Assembly (NCBI GenBank): GCA_051362555.1
Contig: CM120644.1
Span: 14,158,567-14,222,566, forward strand
Reading direction: 5' to 3'
Length of the DNA stretch: 64,000 nucleotides
DNA from: Lingula anatina
Taxonomy: Eukaryota > Animalia > Brachiopoda
The notes below the pieces were generated by a model. That model worked only from the letters and a program-made list of their open reading frames with translations, did not search any database and was not told the DNA's origin. Shown piece after piece: positions 24,101-36,284 of this stretch (within the stretch, counting starts at the first letter, position 1; each line of letters opens with the position of its first letter). The position numbers were made by a program, and so were the translations under genes.

Positions 24101-26791
24101 CACCGAGAATTAATTACAGCTTTGGAAGTAACTGGCTCGCGCTGACCGTAATTACGCCGTGGGGTATTCAGGGCACAGACCGTGATCACAAGATACCGCA
24201 AATAGATTTTTAGATTTTTAGAAAATAGATTTATCATATGAACGCAGCCTTATTCTTCTGTTTTTCTTGCCAAGTATGTGGCTGTGCACACTCAAAACAT
24301 CTGCCAAGAAAATAATTACTTCTCAGTCATCACATAATCTCTCAAATCTGTAGTTTAACCTCAAATTAGTCATCTTTTTGTTCCGTAATAAGACAGCTCT
24401 GAACAAAGTTTGTATTGTAGTAATCGATAGAACACACATGTGAGAGGTACTACTTATTTTGGCAGCATGCATATTTTGGCGAGATTAAAGGAATGTTCTT
24501 AGGCCTGGAAGATGATGCATTGATCTACATAGACTACATTGACTCAATTACCCCCTGCACAATAATGATACACGCAGGGGTATATAGAGACGCTGATTAA
24601 GCGCCATAATGTGAATAACGGCGATATACTACAATGCTACTAATGTGGAGCAATTAGAAATAAAGAGAAATGAGTGAACAGGAACTGCTGAGGTTAACCA
24701 AGGACAAGCCGTATGCATTAAAAATCATTATCGCCTATTGCCTGAGTGAATAGGGCACCTACAGAAACCTTTGGCAAAATGACAACGTTCGTCAAACACT
24801 GCAGAAGAAGTGCTGAGGTATTTATATTTGTGGCAATATAGCACCAGAATTGTAATTTTTCATTTCCAAATTCAGACCCTCCCCCCCCCCCCCCCACACA
24901 CACACACACACACGCTCATGGACCACAGGGTCCGCTAGTAGTCTGTTACAAAAATTTTGTATTGCCTATACTTTTATTTTGGGTGGTAGAATACACATTT
25001 TTAATGTTCTAATTTTTCATGTTTTTTTTTTTTCATTTTTTTTCACCCAATATTTTACCATCAAACTTTTTAAACATTTCCAATATATTCTTTTAAAATT
25101 ATACTAAAAGGAAAGATGTTGAAATGATCACCAAATATCAAATAAATAGCTTTTTCATAGGGGAGTCATTGGGTGGTAAAATACACATTTTTATTTTTTT
25201 ATTTTTTTATTTTATTTTCTCATGAAATTTTTTACCTTCAAACTAACAAAAAATGACAATGTATCCTTCATCATGCATACTACAAGATAAAAATCATATA
25301 CTAAAATAATATAGGATTAGGTTATAGGTTTTATAAAGTTTTTTTTTTTTTTTTTTGGAGGGGGGGGTTCAAATTTCATATGGGGAATCACATTTTCATA
25401 ATGAAAATCTGACTGGGGAGTCACATTTTAGGGGAGTCAGATGTCCATGGTACATTGGTAGTCAGTTAATTGGTTGTGTCACACCTGACTACACACTTGT
25501 CCCTTCACATATTTAATATGAGATTGGAGTTTTTTTTCTTTTCTTTTTTTTTTTTAAGAACGCATATTTACCTAGGCATACCTTTGAAACTGAAATATTC
25601 CATATTAAATGTCAAGTCTGTAATTACTGCTAAGGACGTGTCGGCCTAAGCAGGAGCTGAAAACATTAATGAACACAAAGGATAAATACATCCTACCTTG
25701 TTTCTACCGCATTGCGTTAATAAGATTAGTGTAACGCTGCTGGAAAATCTTAAATGGTGGGTTTTGCCAGGGAATTATATCGGATGTAATTCCCTGGTTG
25801 TACACATACACAGTGCATATCTTGTACGCGTAGTGCTATGATTTCTTCTCAATTTTTTTACTCTGGATAATGACGTGAAATAAACATTCTGATTGATAAA
25901 AATGTTTATTATGACTTCTGTCACGAAAGGATGTTGATTTTATAGGAGTTTTTTTCTCTTGTGGGCAACATACGTGTATCTCAAGTAAAGCCTCTGCTCT
26001 GTTTATTCCTTTGTTCCTTTATTGATGTTGATGAAATTCTATGATAGACAGTTATTCAGAGACAATTAATAAAAGTTTTTACTTCTTCATTGAGAATGGA
26101 TCCCTTTATATTTTAAAGGTTTTGTTCTATTTCATTTTGTTATTATTGATATTTTTCTGCCAAGAATCCGCACTATCTTAATGCCCTCTAGTTTTCCAAT
26201 TGTCACATAATTATTAGTTAATTTCAAGTAATCTACCAGGAATTTTGTAAAACAAATGTCCTGAATTGTTAAACGTATTACATTATTTTATCCCTCTAAC
26301 AAATCATTTCATGACAACAACAACAACAACAACAACAACGAAAAAAAAACATCTTTATACTTTATACAATGTGCCCTGGTGTGTTTACAAATCACCGCTT
26401 AGGTTCGTTTACTTGAACAGATTTGAGAAGACGAGTAACCCTGTATATGTGAATGCGCCTTACTTTGCACCGGTACACGTATTGAATGGATTGACATTAA
26501 AGTACTGACTTGTTTTGAGGGGATACTGCATTGTTTTTTGTTTTTGTTTTTTTAAACACGATAATTAATACGTCTGGACAAGATTGAATCCATAATGGTA
26601 GCAACTTATCTGTTTGAGTAAGAGCGTACGTGTGTGTGTGAGTGTGCATGTGCAAGTGTGGTCATATACTATCAGTCAAAACATTCATCGCCAAACTCAC
26701 CTGTTATAGCCAAATATACTCCTATGGCAAAATACCCCCCGGGCGTCAACGGTTTTTCGGTAACATTGGACGCGAATTCCGTCTCGTTCAT
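14139..26791 (-). CDS. Opsin, Group-4/tetraopsin-like (peropsin/retinochrome/Go-opsin/neuropsin clade), 6 exons: complement(join(14139..14622,15811..16076,17433..17546,17942..18189,20724..21017,26701..26791)), 498 aa
   Basis: Phases are consistent (1497 nt). Seven TM segments: N-glycosylated N-terminus (NET, NVT), GN in TM1, WAFGDWGC, YRY, PPFLGWSSY.YEAYGVSCSLNW (E181-equivalent), SWAPY, FAKSFCVFNPILY (K296-equivalent codon at 15954-15956). Intron positions in TM1, after the DRY region and at the start of TM6 resemble RRH/OPN5 gene structure (from recall, not aligned). Confidence 0.88.
15235..15400 (+). mobile_element. MITE subtype B, internally deleted; a diverged relative follows at about 15510-15791
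   Basis: gactgggttcccat ... tgggaatggtccc|taa. Confidence 0.65.
15811..16076 (-). CDS. Opsin exon 5 (TM6-TM7, helix 8)
   Basis: Acceptor tttacag|; FVVSWAPYA...MFAKSFCVFNPILYALFNDDFR; donor |gtaagt. Confidence 0.92.
16234..16808. mobile_element. Cluster of three MITEs: 16234-16499 (TTA TSD), about 16516-16693 (same family as 27677-27883) and 16695-16808 (CCCAGTAAACAC-type ends)
   Basis: TIRs gagtgcattcaga/tctgagtgcgctc; ggccgcaatcacaacaaa; cccagtaaacaca/tgtgtttgccagg. Confidence 0.6.
17188..17261. repeat. (TA)n microsatellite; another at about 39058-39128
   Basis: Direct observation. Confidence 0.95.
17433..17546 (-). CDS. Opsin exon 4 (ICL3)
   Basis: AAG acceptor after a pyrimidine tract; VLRKVRRA...AETKMTC; donor |gtaagt; phase 0/0. 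Confidence 0.8.
17942..18189 (-). CDS. Opsin exon 3 (TM4-TM5)
   Basis: Acceptor ttttgcag|; WVYSLLVTVPPFLGWSSYTYEAYGVSCSLNW; donor AAG|gtaaac. Confidence 0.9.
18401..18615. mobile_element. Penelope-like element remnant (inverted repeat) inserted into another fold-back element
   Basis: Inverted arms of about 92 bp (18429-18521 and 18527-18618); CTGAAGAAG-stem-CGAAA motif; 16-bp direct repeat tttgatagtcagaaag at 18385 and 18616. Confidence 0.65.
19549..19790. mobile_element. MITE, GATCGATC family subtype C; relatives at 33620-33871 and partial at about 29066-29146
   Basis: Ends gagc.cattcccat ... atgggaatgg.cc; shared core ggcgtgttaatctgttaaactgattgcattca. Confidence 0.7.
20724..21017 (-). CDS. 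Opsin exon 2 (TM1-TM3)
   Basis: Acceptor ttattccag|; AVAAFVGNTVV...WAFGDWGCQ...AVYRY; donor |gtaagg. Confidence 0.9.
21483..22395 (-). mobile_element. Non-autonomous Helentron/HINE (DINE-1/pearl-like) element, copy 1
   Basis: Reverse complement of both ends of 51880-53740; includes the (GAC/GGC) microsatellite and about two 160-bp core repeats. Confidence 0.7.
22400..22940 (+). mobile_element. Degenerate RTE-clade LINE reverse-transcriptase C-terminal fragment
   Basis: Broken frames give EMWTY*RMLGIF*TEHVT and LGHILRKEELKHLAVTGKIEG, typical of RTE ORF ends. Confidence 0.65.
23149..23373 (+). mobile_element. MITE, GATCGATC family (A/B mosaic)
   Basis: TAA TSD; shares blocks with subtypes A and B. 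Confidence 0.75.
23751..23881. repeat. 24-bp minisatellite, about 5.5 copies
   Basis: Unit gttcagccaaggtggtacatcctg. Confidence 0.9.
24001..24249. mobile_element. Fold-back MITE with long inverted arms and TTA TSD
   Basis: tctaaaaatctatttgcggtatcttgtgatcacggtctgtgccctg...gtaattac pairs with its reverse complement in the right half; flanks tta|ggg ... gcc|tta. Confidence 0.75.
26701..26791 (-). CDS. Opsin exon 1
   Basis: MNETEFASNVTEKPLTPGGYFAIGVYLAIT; donor CAG|gtgagt; phase 1 fits exon 2. Confidence 0.82.
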
Positions 26792-27676
26792 GTCAACAGT
26801 TGCTGTAGCTTTTCGCGAACCTTGGGAAAAACAGAAGCCAAATGCGACGCGAAATGCTCAGTTAGTCAAAAGTGAGACAGCGATATAATGAGCGCAGCGC
26901 AGTATTAACATAGATGTCGTGATCAGTACACGTAGTCACGCAACTAGGAATGTGACGTGTTGCTTCATGAGGGTTCTTCACACTCCCGAATGGAGGGTCG
27001 GAAGAACTGGCGGACGTTGTTTTCGTAACTTAAGAGTAGGTGTATGACCCTAGTTTTACACTGATATAAAGGAGATGGACGTATCAAAGTATTAACATAA
27101 GACGACACTTATGGTCACTCTGATATATTTTCTTTCCAACGTTCCCTTTTGTTTTTGTGAAGGCGAAAGGGAGAAAGAACGGTACTTTGAAGCTAAGGGA
27201 AAAGCAGGTGGCCCGATGCGCCCCTCTTCCAAACCCTCACCTCACCCCACCCCCACCCCCTTCCCGGGCAAATCAGCCCTTGACTGCCGCAAATGCTATA
27301 GCGACATTAAAAGTATGAATTGTACTATCTTTGAAATCTGCAATGCAAAATAACAAGTGCCAGAGTGAATCCGACAAAGTTATCTGCAATTAAAAATGAT
27401 ATTTCAATTCCGTTCAGCGGAAGGCAAAGAGTTTCCCACGGCGCCCTCTCTTTCTACGAAAATCAAAACAATTTCCTTGGCTAACGTACCCTCCGCCTTA
27501 TAGTAAACAGTTTTGAGAATTGTAAATGAAAATATATAAAACATGTTATGTGGATTGGATTTCACCTTTACCAATGATGTATTGTGGTAATCAAAATCTA
27601 AACTATTGTATGATGAAATAAGAAAAGCACTCTATCTCAGAGATTGCAGTCATCCTCCAAGTATCCTGCACTGATA

Positions 27677-27883
27677 GGCCGCATTCACAACAAAGTTGTT
27701 CCGCGGACTTACATATCCACGAATCAAATATGGCCGACCCACTTGAAAGTTTGCCGCACCATCCCCTAATATACACTGAATGGATTCCCCCACGGGGATT
27801 ATGTGACGAGCTTTTAAGTGGGTCGGCCATATGTGATCCGTGGAGCTGTTAGTCCGCGGATCAAATTTGTTGTGAATGCGGGT
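27677..27883. mobile_element. MITE with TIR ggccgcattcacaacaaa/tttgttgtgaatgcggg
   Basis: TIR, 3-bp ATA flanks, homolog at about 16516. Confidence 0.7.
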
Positions 27884-30824
27884 ATAGACTGATCCGATAT
27901 ATTTTGATAGTAAAATGCACATCCAACCGATCCACTACCCCAGGTCAAAATCATTGGCCCTAGACTATGTCAAAATAATGATGAATCCTTTAAAAATTCT
28001 TGGCTACAGATGGTGACAGGGATGAAGGACCACCACCAAAGTCTTATCGCTTTTAAATAAACCCATTTATGACCTCAAAAATTTCATTAAAATTCATTCG
28101 AAGGTTTTTGAGTGAAGCTGGTGAGGAACTGGAGGAAACGGCAAAGCAGAAAGACAAAAGCACCACCACCTTGGCCTCGGTAGAAAATTGAAAATGTTTT
28201 GATGACAGTATCATATTACACATGTGCATGCATCTGCTTTTATATCAAATAAAGACCTATGCCACAATTGTGTTGATCTAGTGGAGAGACCTAATATATA
28301 GCTCAGAATATAGATCCTAAAAGTAGGCTACACGATACAAAAACGAAGAAGCGTCCATAAATCAAACACTATTCTATCTTTAAATTAGAAATGCAGCGTG
28401 GTAGGCTTGATGTTGGTGGACTGAGATTTTAGCCCCGAAACTGACACGGATTAAAAATGTAATGAGTTGTATGTATCGCACTTGTCAAACACGCATTTGT
28501 GATAAGACACATGTGTACTGTGTTGCATTATCAATATCTGTAACGGCTGATTAGCAATATTTATGATGAGTATGTCGATTATTATTAAATATGCATTATT
28601 GAAATTCTTTGAATTTTCTGTTCCCTTTACCACCAAGTAACGTATATACCATACCCAAACAGTTGAAACTTGCTATCAAAGAGTTCTCTATGGGATTTTA
28701 AATTCGTAACATTGCGAGTAAAATTTACTAGTTTCTAAATCCATTACGAGAGTGACTTAAACTATATAAAAACTTATAACTCCCAATCAGGTTTTTAGGT
28801 GGCTTATTTGTGAAATTTTATGGAAATTTTATTGTATGAATTTGCGCTTAACTGAAAATGAAGTTGAAATGCATTTCAGAATTTAAGTTTTGATATAAAT
28901 ATTGCAGAGCCGCATTTTGTAACCAAAATTTTTATGAAAACGCATTTTCAAATTAAAGCCATTTTTCTTTTAAACTATTTGAAGAATTACTTCAGAGATA
29001 TAGATAGTGTGGAGGTGAATAACCTTGTCTTTTCTTCTTCTTCTTCTTGAGGCGTTTTAGTTTGTTCATTTGATTGCATTCAGCGAGAGTCCCCGTGAAG
29101 GTAGCGTGCATTAGCTAGGTCGACAAGATGCATTGTGAACGGCCCCTATGGTAATTATTCCCGTCCATTGCGTGACACTCTTTGTAAACATTTAGATCCG
29201 TTTCCCACGGAAATGCGCAATTTGAGCTACCTTGACACCATACTCAAAACGCTGTTTTATTTTTCAGACAGCTTGTTCAATGTCAAATGTATCACGCATA
29301 GGCTTATGCAAGAAATTAGTCACGAATTAATTGACTGAAATAGTCACTAGAGACTTGCTAGTCTTTGTTATAGCTGTGACCCGCCTACGTTTATCTGTTT
29401 GTGATTGTGTTATGAAATACATGTAAATCTACAGTGCACAAGAGCGATGAAAGTTCCAAAAATCTTGTTAAACATGTCCTTGGAACTATTTGTGTTAATT
29501 TATCGCCAAAAATGACTTGTACTGCTTCTCATCATTTTACTATATGCAATCTTATGTAGCGAATGCTTAGAAAACATTGTAGCATAGCGTTGGTTAATCA
29601 TGTAATATTTTTTTCATCGTCATTAAATAATCTGCTTATCGCTATGCGAAATAGCTGGAAAGGGGGCGTGTTTTTTTTTCAAAAAACTTCGTAAATTAAA
29701 TTTTGGAAGGGAATCAAAATACGAGTGCACAAGATAATCTGGAAAAATATAAAAGGAAGCACTGAAATAGTATGGAGGCTCAGGCATGAAGTAAGCTGAA
29801 GTTGATATTTAAACGTTTTATAACCAGTGTAGCTTTCAATTACAAAAACATGTTTTGTGCCACCACGTGCGTCACAGCAGCTTAGATAGACTGGATTAAG
29901 TAGTAAACAGCGAGATATGCAGAGCATGCGCGATTAAGTTTTGGAAAATGAAAACCGAGTGTTTTTAAATGTTATTTTCATCCTTTTAAAGGCATTAATT
30001 TCTTTGAGCAGATATGTTAGGTTATAATTAAGCATTAAATGTCTTTTCGGTTACAATGGGATGAGTTTTCGTTGACTTTGATATTAAATATAGGCGAAAT
30101 TCTATGCCACGGTTTTTTACAAGGTTGCATATTATGTCAAATAAACCTGGGTTCTTTTATTTGTAGGCCAGCCTGGAAGAATTGCTGCTCATTACGTCAA
30201 GTGCTGCAACCTTGTCAAACAGGGAGGACCCGGAGTACTATCGCAATCCCAACCGTGGTCATTGCGTTAGGTGAGATCGTATGAACGCAACGGATCAGTT
30301 TTGTCTTTACAGTCAGGAAAATGACCTTCCAATTTTAAGTACCGGCTGATCCTGGATGTTGTTTTTCAATATTATTTTGTAAAATGGATTGCTATTTTTG
30401 GTTTTGCTAGCGGAAAAAATAGAAGCAACCTTTGTGTCTTTCAAAAGTAGGGGTACCCTCAATTTTATTAAATTCTTAATTTCTTAAATTGTTAGTGAAC
30501 AGAATAAGGAATTCATTGTCAACTTTATAATCAGAGGATATGGTGTAAAAATGCAAGGACTAGCCTTAAGAAAAAAAGTTACCCTGGATTTGTTAAATCG
30601 GAAACAAACAGGAAGGGGAACTGCATAGTTCATCTTTATTACATGTGGAAGTGGTGTACAGCGAAATATGATATGCGTATTATCACTTACCCTGCCGCTG
30701 ACCGCCTCAGCCACCACAAAAAATTAAGCTTTAGAGATAACAGTTTGGACGCTGTGAAGACGGGAGTCTTCTGGAAGCAATGGAGAGTTTTACGGAGGTG
30801 AAAGTTAGATGATCACTTTTTGCG

Positions 30825-30867
<43 letters not shown>

Positions 30868-30885
30868 AGAGAGAGGGTGTAGGTC

Positions 30886-30949
<64 letters not shown>

Positions 30950-33619
30950 GGAGAAAAGGAGAAAAGGAGGGGAAATCGAACACCACTGAAGGGCTGTGTT
31001 ATCAATTTTGTCATGCTGGGAAATAATGTAAAGAATCCACAGACCCGTAGACTGTTCTCAAATTAATTAAAGTTTAACTGACATTCGATCAGGTGAGTCG
31101 GGAATCGCCCCATTCCTTGCTTCACTGCAATATGATAGACAAATCCAGAGAAAGAAAGAGAGAAAGAATTAGAGAATGAAGGAATAAAAAGAAAGAAAGA
31201 GGAGAGGAGGATTAGTGTTAGGAAAGAACTGGAGGAAACTATTTGGGTGCTATTTACTCATGAATTGACAACATTACTGAATGACCTGTTTATAGTAATT
31301 CATGCTGCGAGTTCACACTGCATTCTTTGAAAGAGTAGTATTTATCTAGAAGGCCATTTGCTGGCAGGGATACACGCGAATCAATACACATAGATAGCTT
31401 TATACTTTTCATATAATGTTTGCATAAAACACACGAATGTGTCAATATCTATTGTGAAACATGACCCTATTTTCCATGGAATGTCAGCAAGAAAGTGGCG
31501 GCGGTCTGTTGGAAAAATGGGATTTTCGTTCCCAGAATTAAAAAGGCCTGTAAGGGTCGATTTTCTGTTCACCGACTGAAAAGAAGTAAGCAACAAGATT
31601 CGTGCATTTCCAAACAGCTTTATTCCCACTGCTTTAAGTTCTCCTCTAATGTACCCACTACCAGTCATATTTTTGCCCCCTCTACATTACATCTCATTAA
31701 AACATTGCCTATTAATAATTAACTGAAGATTTTATCCAGTCTCACGAAACAAGTGCCACGAGAGGCGCGCGACATCCTAGGGGTCCTGTGGCCCTAAAGA
31801 GGCAACGACCAAAATTTTAAGTCTACATTTTTGACCAAATTTTTTGGCTAAGTTCTTATGTGATACGTGAACCAGCGGTGATACCAAGTCGGTGTCAAAT
31901 GCGATATACGGATGGGTCCGGTTCCGACTTTGGCCGGGTTAGCCTCGCCCTAGATTCTGACCCACTGACGTCACGTTAACCCTAACCTGTACGAATCTAT
32001 AATGGAATGATATACAAGGGCCCTCATGCAGTTTCTTAACATTGGTCCCATATATCACGAGTAGAGACTTAACGGGGCAGATTTAGGCCGTCTTCTGGGT
32101 CTTCCTGAAGACGATCAGATTTTCAAGTTTACATTAACGGGTATCTATTTTTTTCATAATTTTTCTTAAATTAACCCGTTTTATAGAGGAATTGCGCATC
32201 AAATGTATTTATCTATTACGGGAGGAAGATAAACATGCGAGATAGATCCCAGCGCTAACCGAGTTTTAATTGATCGATAAATACATTTATCTTCTTAACA
32301 TCTCCACCACTTAACTTGCATTATACATATCCAGAAATATCTGTTATAATACGTTCAAACGAATCATGAATAAATGAGTAAAAATATGCTTTGCGGGTGT
32401 ATATCCACGTGCCCAATGTCCTTAGAAATATTATTCTTGGTTATTATTGTAGACGCCCAAGAGTTACGTGTTACGGCTAAGTTCACACTTGGCAGAATTC
32501 AGAGAGGTATGTTTTTATGGATTTATCAGTTATTTGTGCCAATTAAGGTACAGTTTAAGAAATGTCAGCATTTTCTAAATTAAAATGCTTTCATGTTTAA
32601 TTGTTTGTTTGGATATTTGGCAGAGTGTGTATTAGCCATTCAAGAAACATTATAGCAACATTACCCCGGTAGCTACTGCACTTGCGCACTTCATAGTGAG
32701 AACGAACCAAAAATAAATAATGATTCAGAATAGAAAAAATGAATAGAGTAAAGTTAAAAAGAGTATTTATTCCCTTGTTGTTATAAACCAGGTGAAATAT
32801 TTAAATAATTGGATTATTGATTTAGCTTGGGTCATGGTATAGACTAAAACTTAGGTCTGAAAGTATAGACCAGGGTCTGATTTTATAAATAAAAATAAAC
32901 AAGTTATTTATTTTTGTCTGTTTTAGTTCAAAATAAATTCTCAGCAGTCCATTTTAATAGAGGAAGTTATCGGTCTTAAACATTTGCCAGGTCTTTCTTG
33001 CCATACAACAGGCACAATACTTCAATATTTCATACTACCAACTCATTGGCCTACTTCTGATTTATCTTGGATCAGAAAAGACTTGCGTTTTGGCTAGAAA
33101 ATAAGACCAGTTTTCGAGCTATAGCTATTTTGTGAAGCCGAGTCCAGGATTGCCCCACAATAATCCCACAAAGGGAGCATTAAACATGCACGCGTCTAGA
33201 ACCGGCTTAGAGCCCTTCTCGGGTATGGCACGTGTGAATGCCACCCCACCGACAAGGGGTCAGTTACAGCGTTTCTTTAGCTCGCAGGGTGTGTTGATGT
33301 TAAAACGGCCAGAGGAGCTGGCACAAGATAAAAACAGATACCGTTTTGCTTTAGCTCAGTTTGGGCATCTGTCGACCAAGTAAGCCCCAAGTTGGGATAT
33401 ACCGGTACTTGGAATTTGCACTTTATGTAAACTAATTAATAATGACTAGCATGTTGCGCTGCGTACAGTAATCGCGTTGTCTTACTTTAAAAATAATTTG
33501 ATTTGTCAGACCAAATGGAACAAAAAGATGTATTCCGTTGCATCATTGATTGTTATTCGATCAAATGGCACTCCAAGAATAGCGAGGCGACTTAATATTT
33601 TGATATCCTAGTCATCTAA

Positions 33620-33871
33620 GAGCCCATTCCCATAGACAACATCGGTCTACGTAGATTGATCCAGGTCTGAGGGGACTCTCGCTGAGTGCAATCAGCTTAA
33701 CTGAATGACACGACTCCTCTTGTTTCATATAATCACCAGCTTTCCTGTATTCTTCTTAACCTCAGGAGAAGGCGTGTTAATCTGTTAAACTGATTGCATT
33801 CAGCGAGAGTCCCCGTTGTGTTGGGTCGATATTCATATTCGTAGGCTGATGGTGTCTATGGAAATGGGCCC
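33620..33871. mobile_element. MITE, GATCGATC family subtype C
   Basis: taa|gagcccattcccatagac ... gtctatggaaatgggccc|tta. Confidence 0.7.
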
Positions 33872-34593
33872 TTACGCTGGTTCTGTACATATAAGAAAAG
33901 CTTAATTAAGTGATATTACGGAAAACAAAACAAAACAAAAAAAATAATAATCCATCTTTTTTCCCTTTTTTTAATGACAGTTAATGAAATTCGAGGCTTT
34001 TTAAAATAACTTTCCGTCTCGTTTGAAGTGACCAACCACAATAAGCAGTACATACTTTTTTCAATTAATTTTTCTTTTATTAATTAATATATCGACTCAG
34101 ATATTCATCCACATTCATTTATGTATATAGTTATCTAAAAAGACAATTTCCATTACTGCAAAGATATGACAGAATGCGATTGCAAAATGGAAAAAGACAA
34201 TTGCAAGCTATCGATTTTTTTCATTTTTCTATCACTATCTTGTCCTTTCATGACATGAATTCTGTATTATTTCGGTACGTAAATGGATAGCAAAGCGTTT
34301 TCCATGACCTTTCATATGTATTTGTATAAGACCGCTGCTGTTTTGATAAACAATATGTAAACCTTAGGGAGATCCGCCATTCACATCAAAACTATTTTGA
34401 AATACCCTGAACTTCTGGTTCGAAGTGTGCCAGTTTTTATTTTCATTTCCAAATTTCCTTACGGACACTTTTGTCCTCAGACAGGTACTTGCATTGGTAT
34501 GTGCGGTTTGGCGGAAAAAACTTGTCTGCCTCTCCTCAGAAATTTAAGGCTGGTTTGAACTAAAGAACAATCGTTTTAAACCTGTAGACAAGT

Positions 34594-34624
<31 letters not shown>

Positions 34625-34769
34625 GGGGTTAAAAACGCGCTTATTGTCGGAAAAGGTTCGCTATTAATCGAAATTTGCTATAGATTTTTTTTAGATGGGT
34701 CAACAAAGGGGGTTAAAAGTTTCACATTCCAAGTAAAAGGTCTTCAACTTTTAGTCATTTACTTTTAGA

Positions 34770-35203
34770 ACACAGTGTCTTAGAGAAAAAAGCTGGTAAA
34801 TTTTACGGTGAAAGGGCATTTATGATATATGCACCCAAAGTTTGGAACACTTTACCCTCTGAAATACGAGCAGCAGGTGACATAGATACTTTTAAAAAGC
34901 TTTTGAAAACTCATATTTTTAGAATAGCCTATCAGTAGCTATCATATAGTTAATTTTAGTTTTTAATAAGGTGTACTGTAATTTTATGATTAATTTTAAA
35001 TGTTGTCACTTTAGGTTCTTATCATTTTAGAATATGAATAATTGGTTCTTTAAATTAGTTCTTAGTCCTTTAAAATTGTAATGTGTTCTTATATTAGTAT
35101 TGTGTTATTTAGCTCTTTTAAGTGGATGTTGTAAGGCGCATTGAGATTTTTAATGGAATGCGCCATAGAAAAATAAATTATTATTATTATTATATTATTA
35201 TTA
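34770..35203 (+). mobile_element. 5'-truncated L2/CR1-group LINE 3' end
   Basis: YGERAFMIYAPKVWNTLPSEIRAAGDIDTFKKLLKTHIFRIAYQ* (34804-34938), 3' stem gtaaggcgcattgag...gcgccatag, and an (ATT)n tail. Confidence 0.85.
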
Positions 35204-36027
35204 AAAGCGCCCTCCCTTTGAATTGCTGGTTACAGGCCCAGCTGCGTTTTGATATTTGATTGGCAGGGTAGTACGAGAATATAATTGTTTCGGATAACGT
35301 TGCCCTAAGTCCTTATATTCTAGTGGGACTGAAAAACACAACGGAAAAAAATTTGGCTTTCGTTTTCATCTTCCTGCGAATACAGTTTCAAGGCATCTTC
35401 ACAGACGGTAATAGTTTTCATCATTCTGTAATGTTGCTTGATATTTTTGAAAAATCCTTTACTGCAGTATGGACAACAGCACAAAAACTAGCGGATCTAA
35501 AAACTTTTATATATTTGATACATTATATCCTGGCTTAGTGTTTGTATACATTTTTTGCCCTGGTGAAAAATGGGGACGTTTTATCCAGCGTTCACGCTGT
35601 TTTTATCAAAAGCGGTCCAAGGCGTTTATCAATCCATGGCCAGCAAAAGCAAATGGAAAAAAATGCACATTGTCGATTATTTTCAATGCCCTGGAGATTT
35701 ATTGTTTAGACGCAAAATGCCATAGCAGGTGCTGTGGTTATTAGATGATGTTAGATGATGTTCCAATCAAAAAAGTAGCCAAAGCTTTTTATATTTCTAA
35801 TGATTGTTTATGTGCTTGCATCTGTATTTATGTGGTTTTTATACACCGCAATTCGACATCATTTAGAATCCTGATATAAATTCGCCACCCTGATTACCAT
35901 AGCACTAACAGTGGCCCGCCTCTGCCATTAACACGCTTTTGCTACCCTGAGTATGAAGGCTTTGACATTGACTTTTCTCTACACAGTATATATTCTCCTT
36001 TACCCTGAGAATGCTGAGTACATGTAA

Positions 36028-36284
36028 GGGATCATTCCCAGACCCTATCGTATTTACTTTGGATCGATCTATCCCCTAGGGGATTCTCGCTAAATTGCAA
36101 TCAAATTAAGCGTCTTAGATGTATGTCACGCCTACCTAAGCTGAAAAGGGATAATAAACTATCGTTTAGCAGCTTTAGTAGGCGTGCCAGACATCTAAGC
36201 CACTTCAGCTGAAAGCAATTTAGCGAGAAACCCCGTGGAGATGGACCGATCCTGTTAGATCGACCTAGGTATGGGAACCCAGTC
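36028..36284 (-). mobile_element. MITE, GATCGATC family subtype B (reverse orientation)
   Basis: TAA TSD; reverse complement of 12852-13108. Confidence 0.75.
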
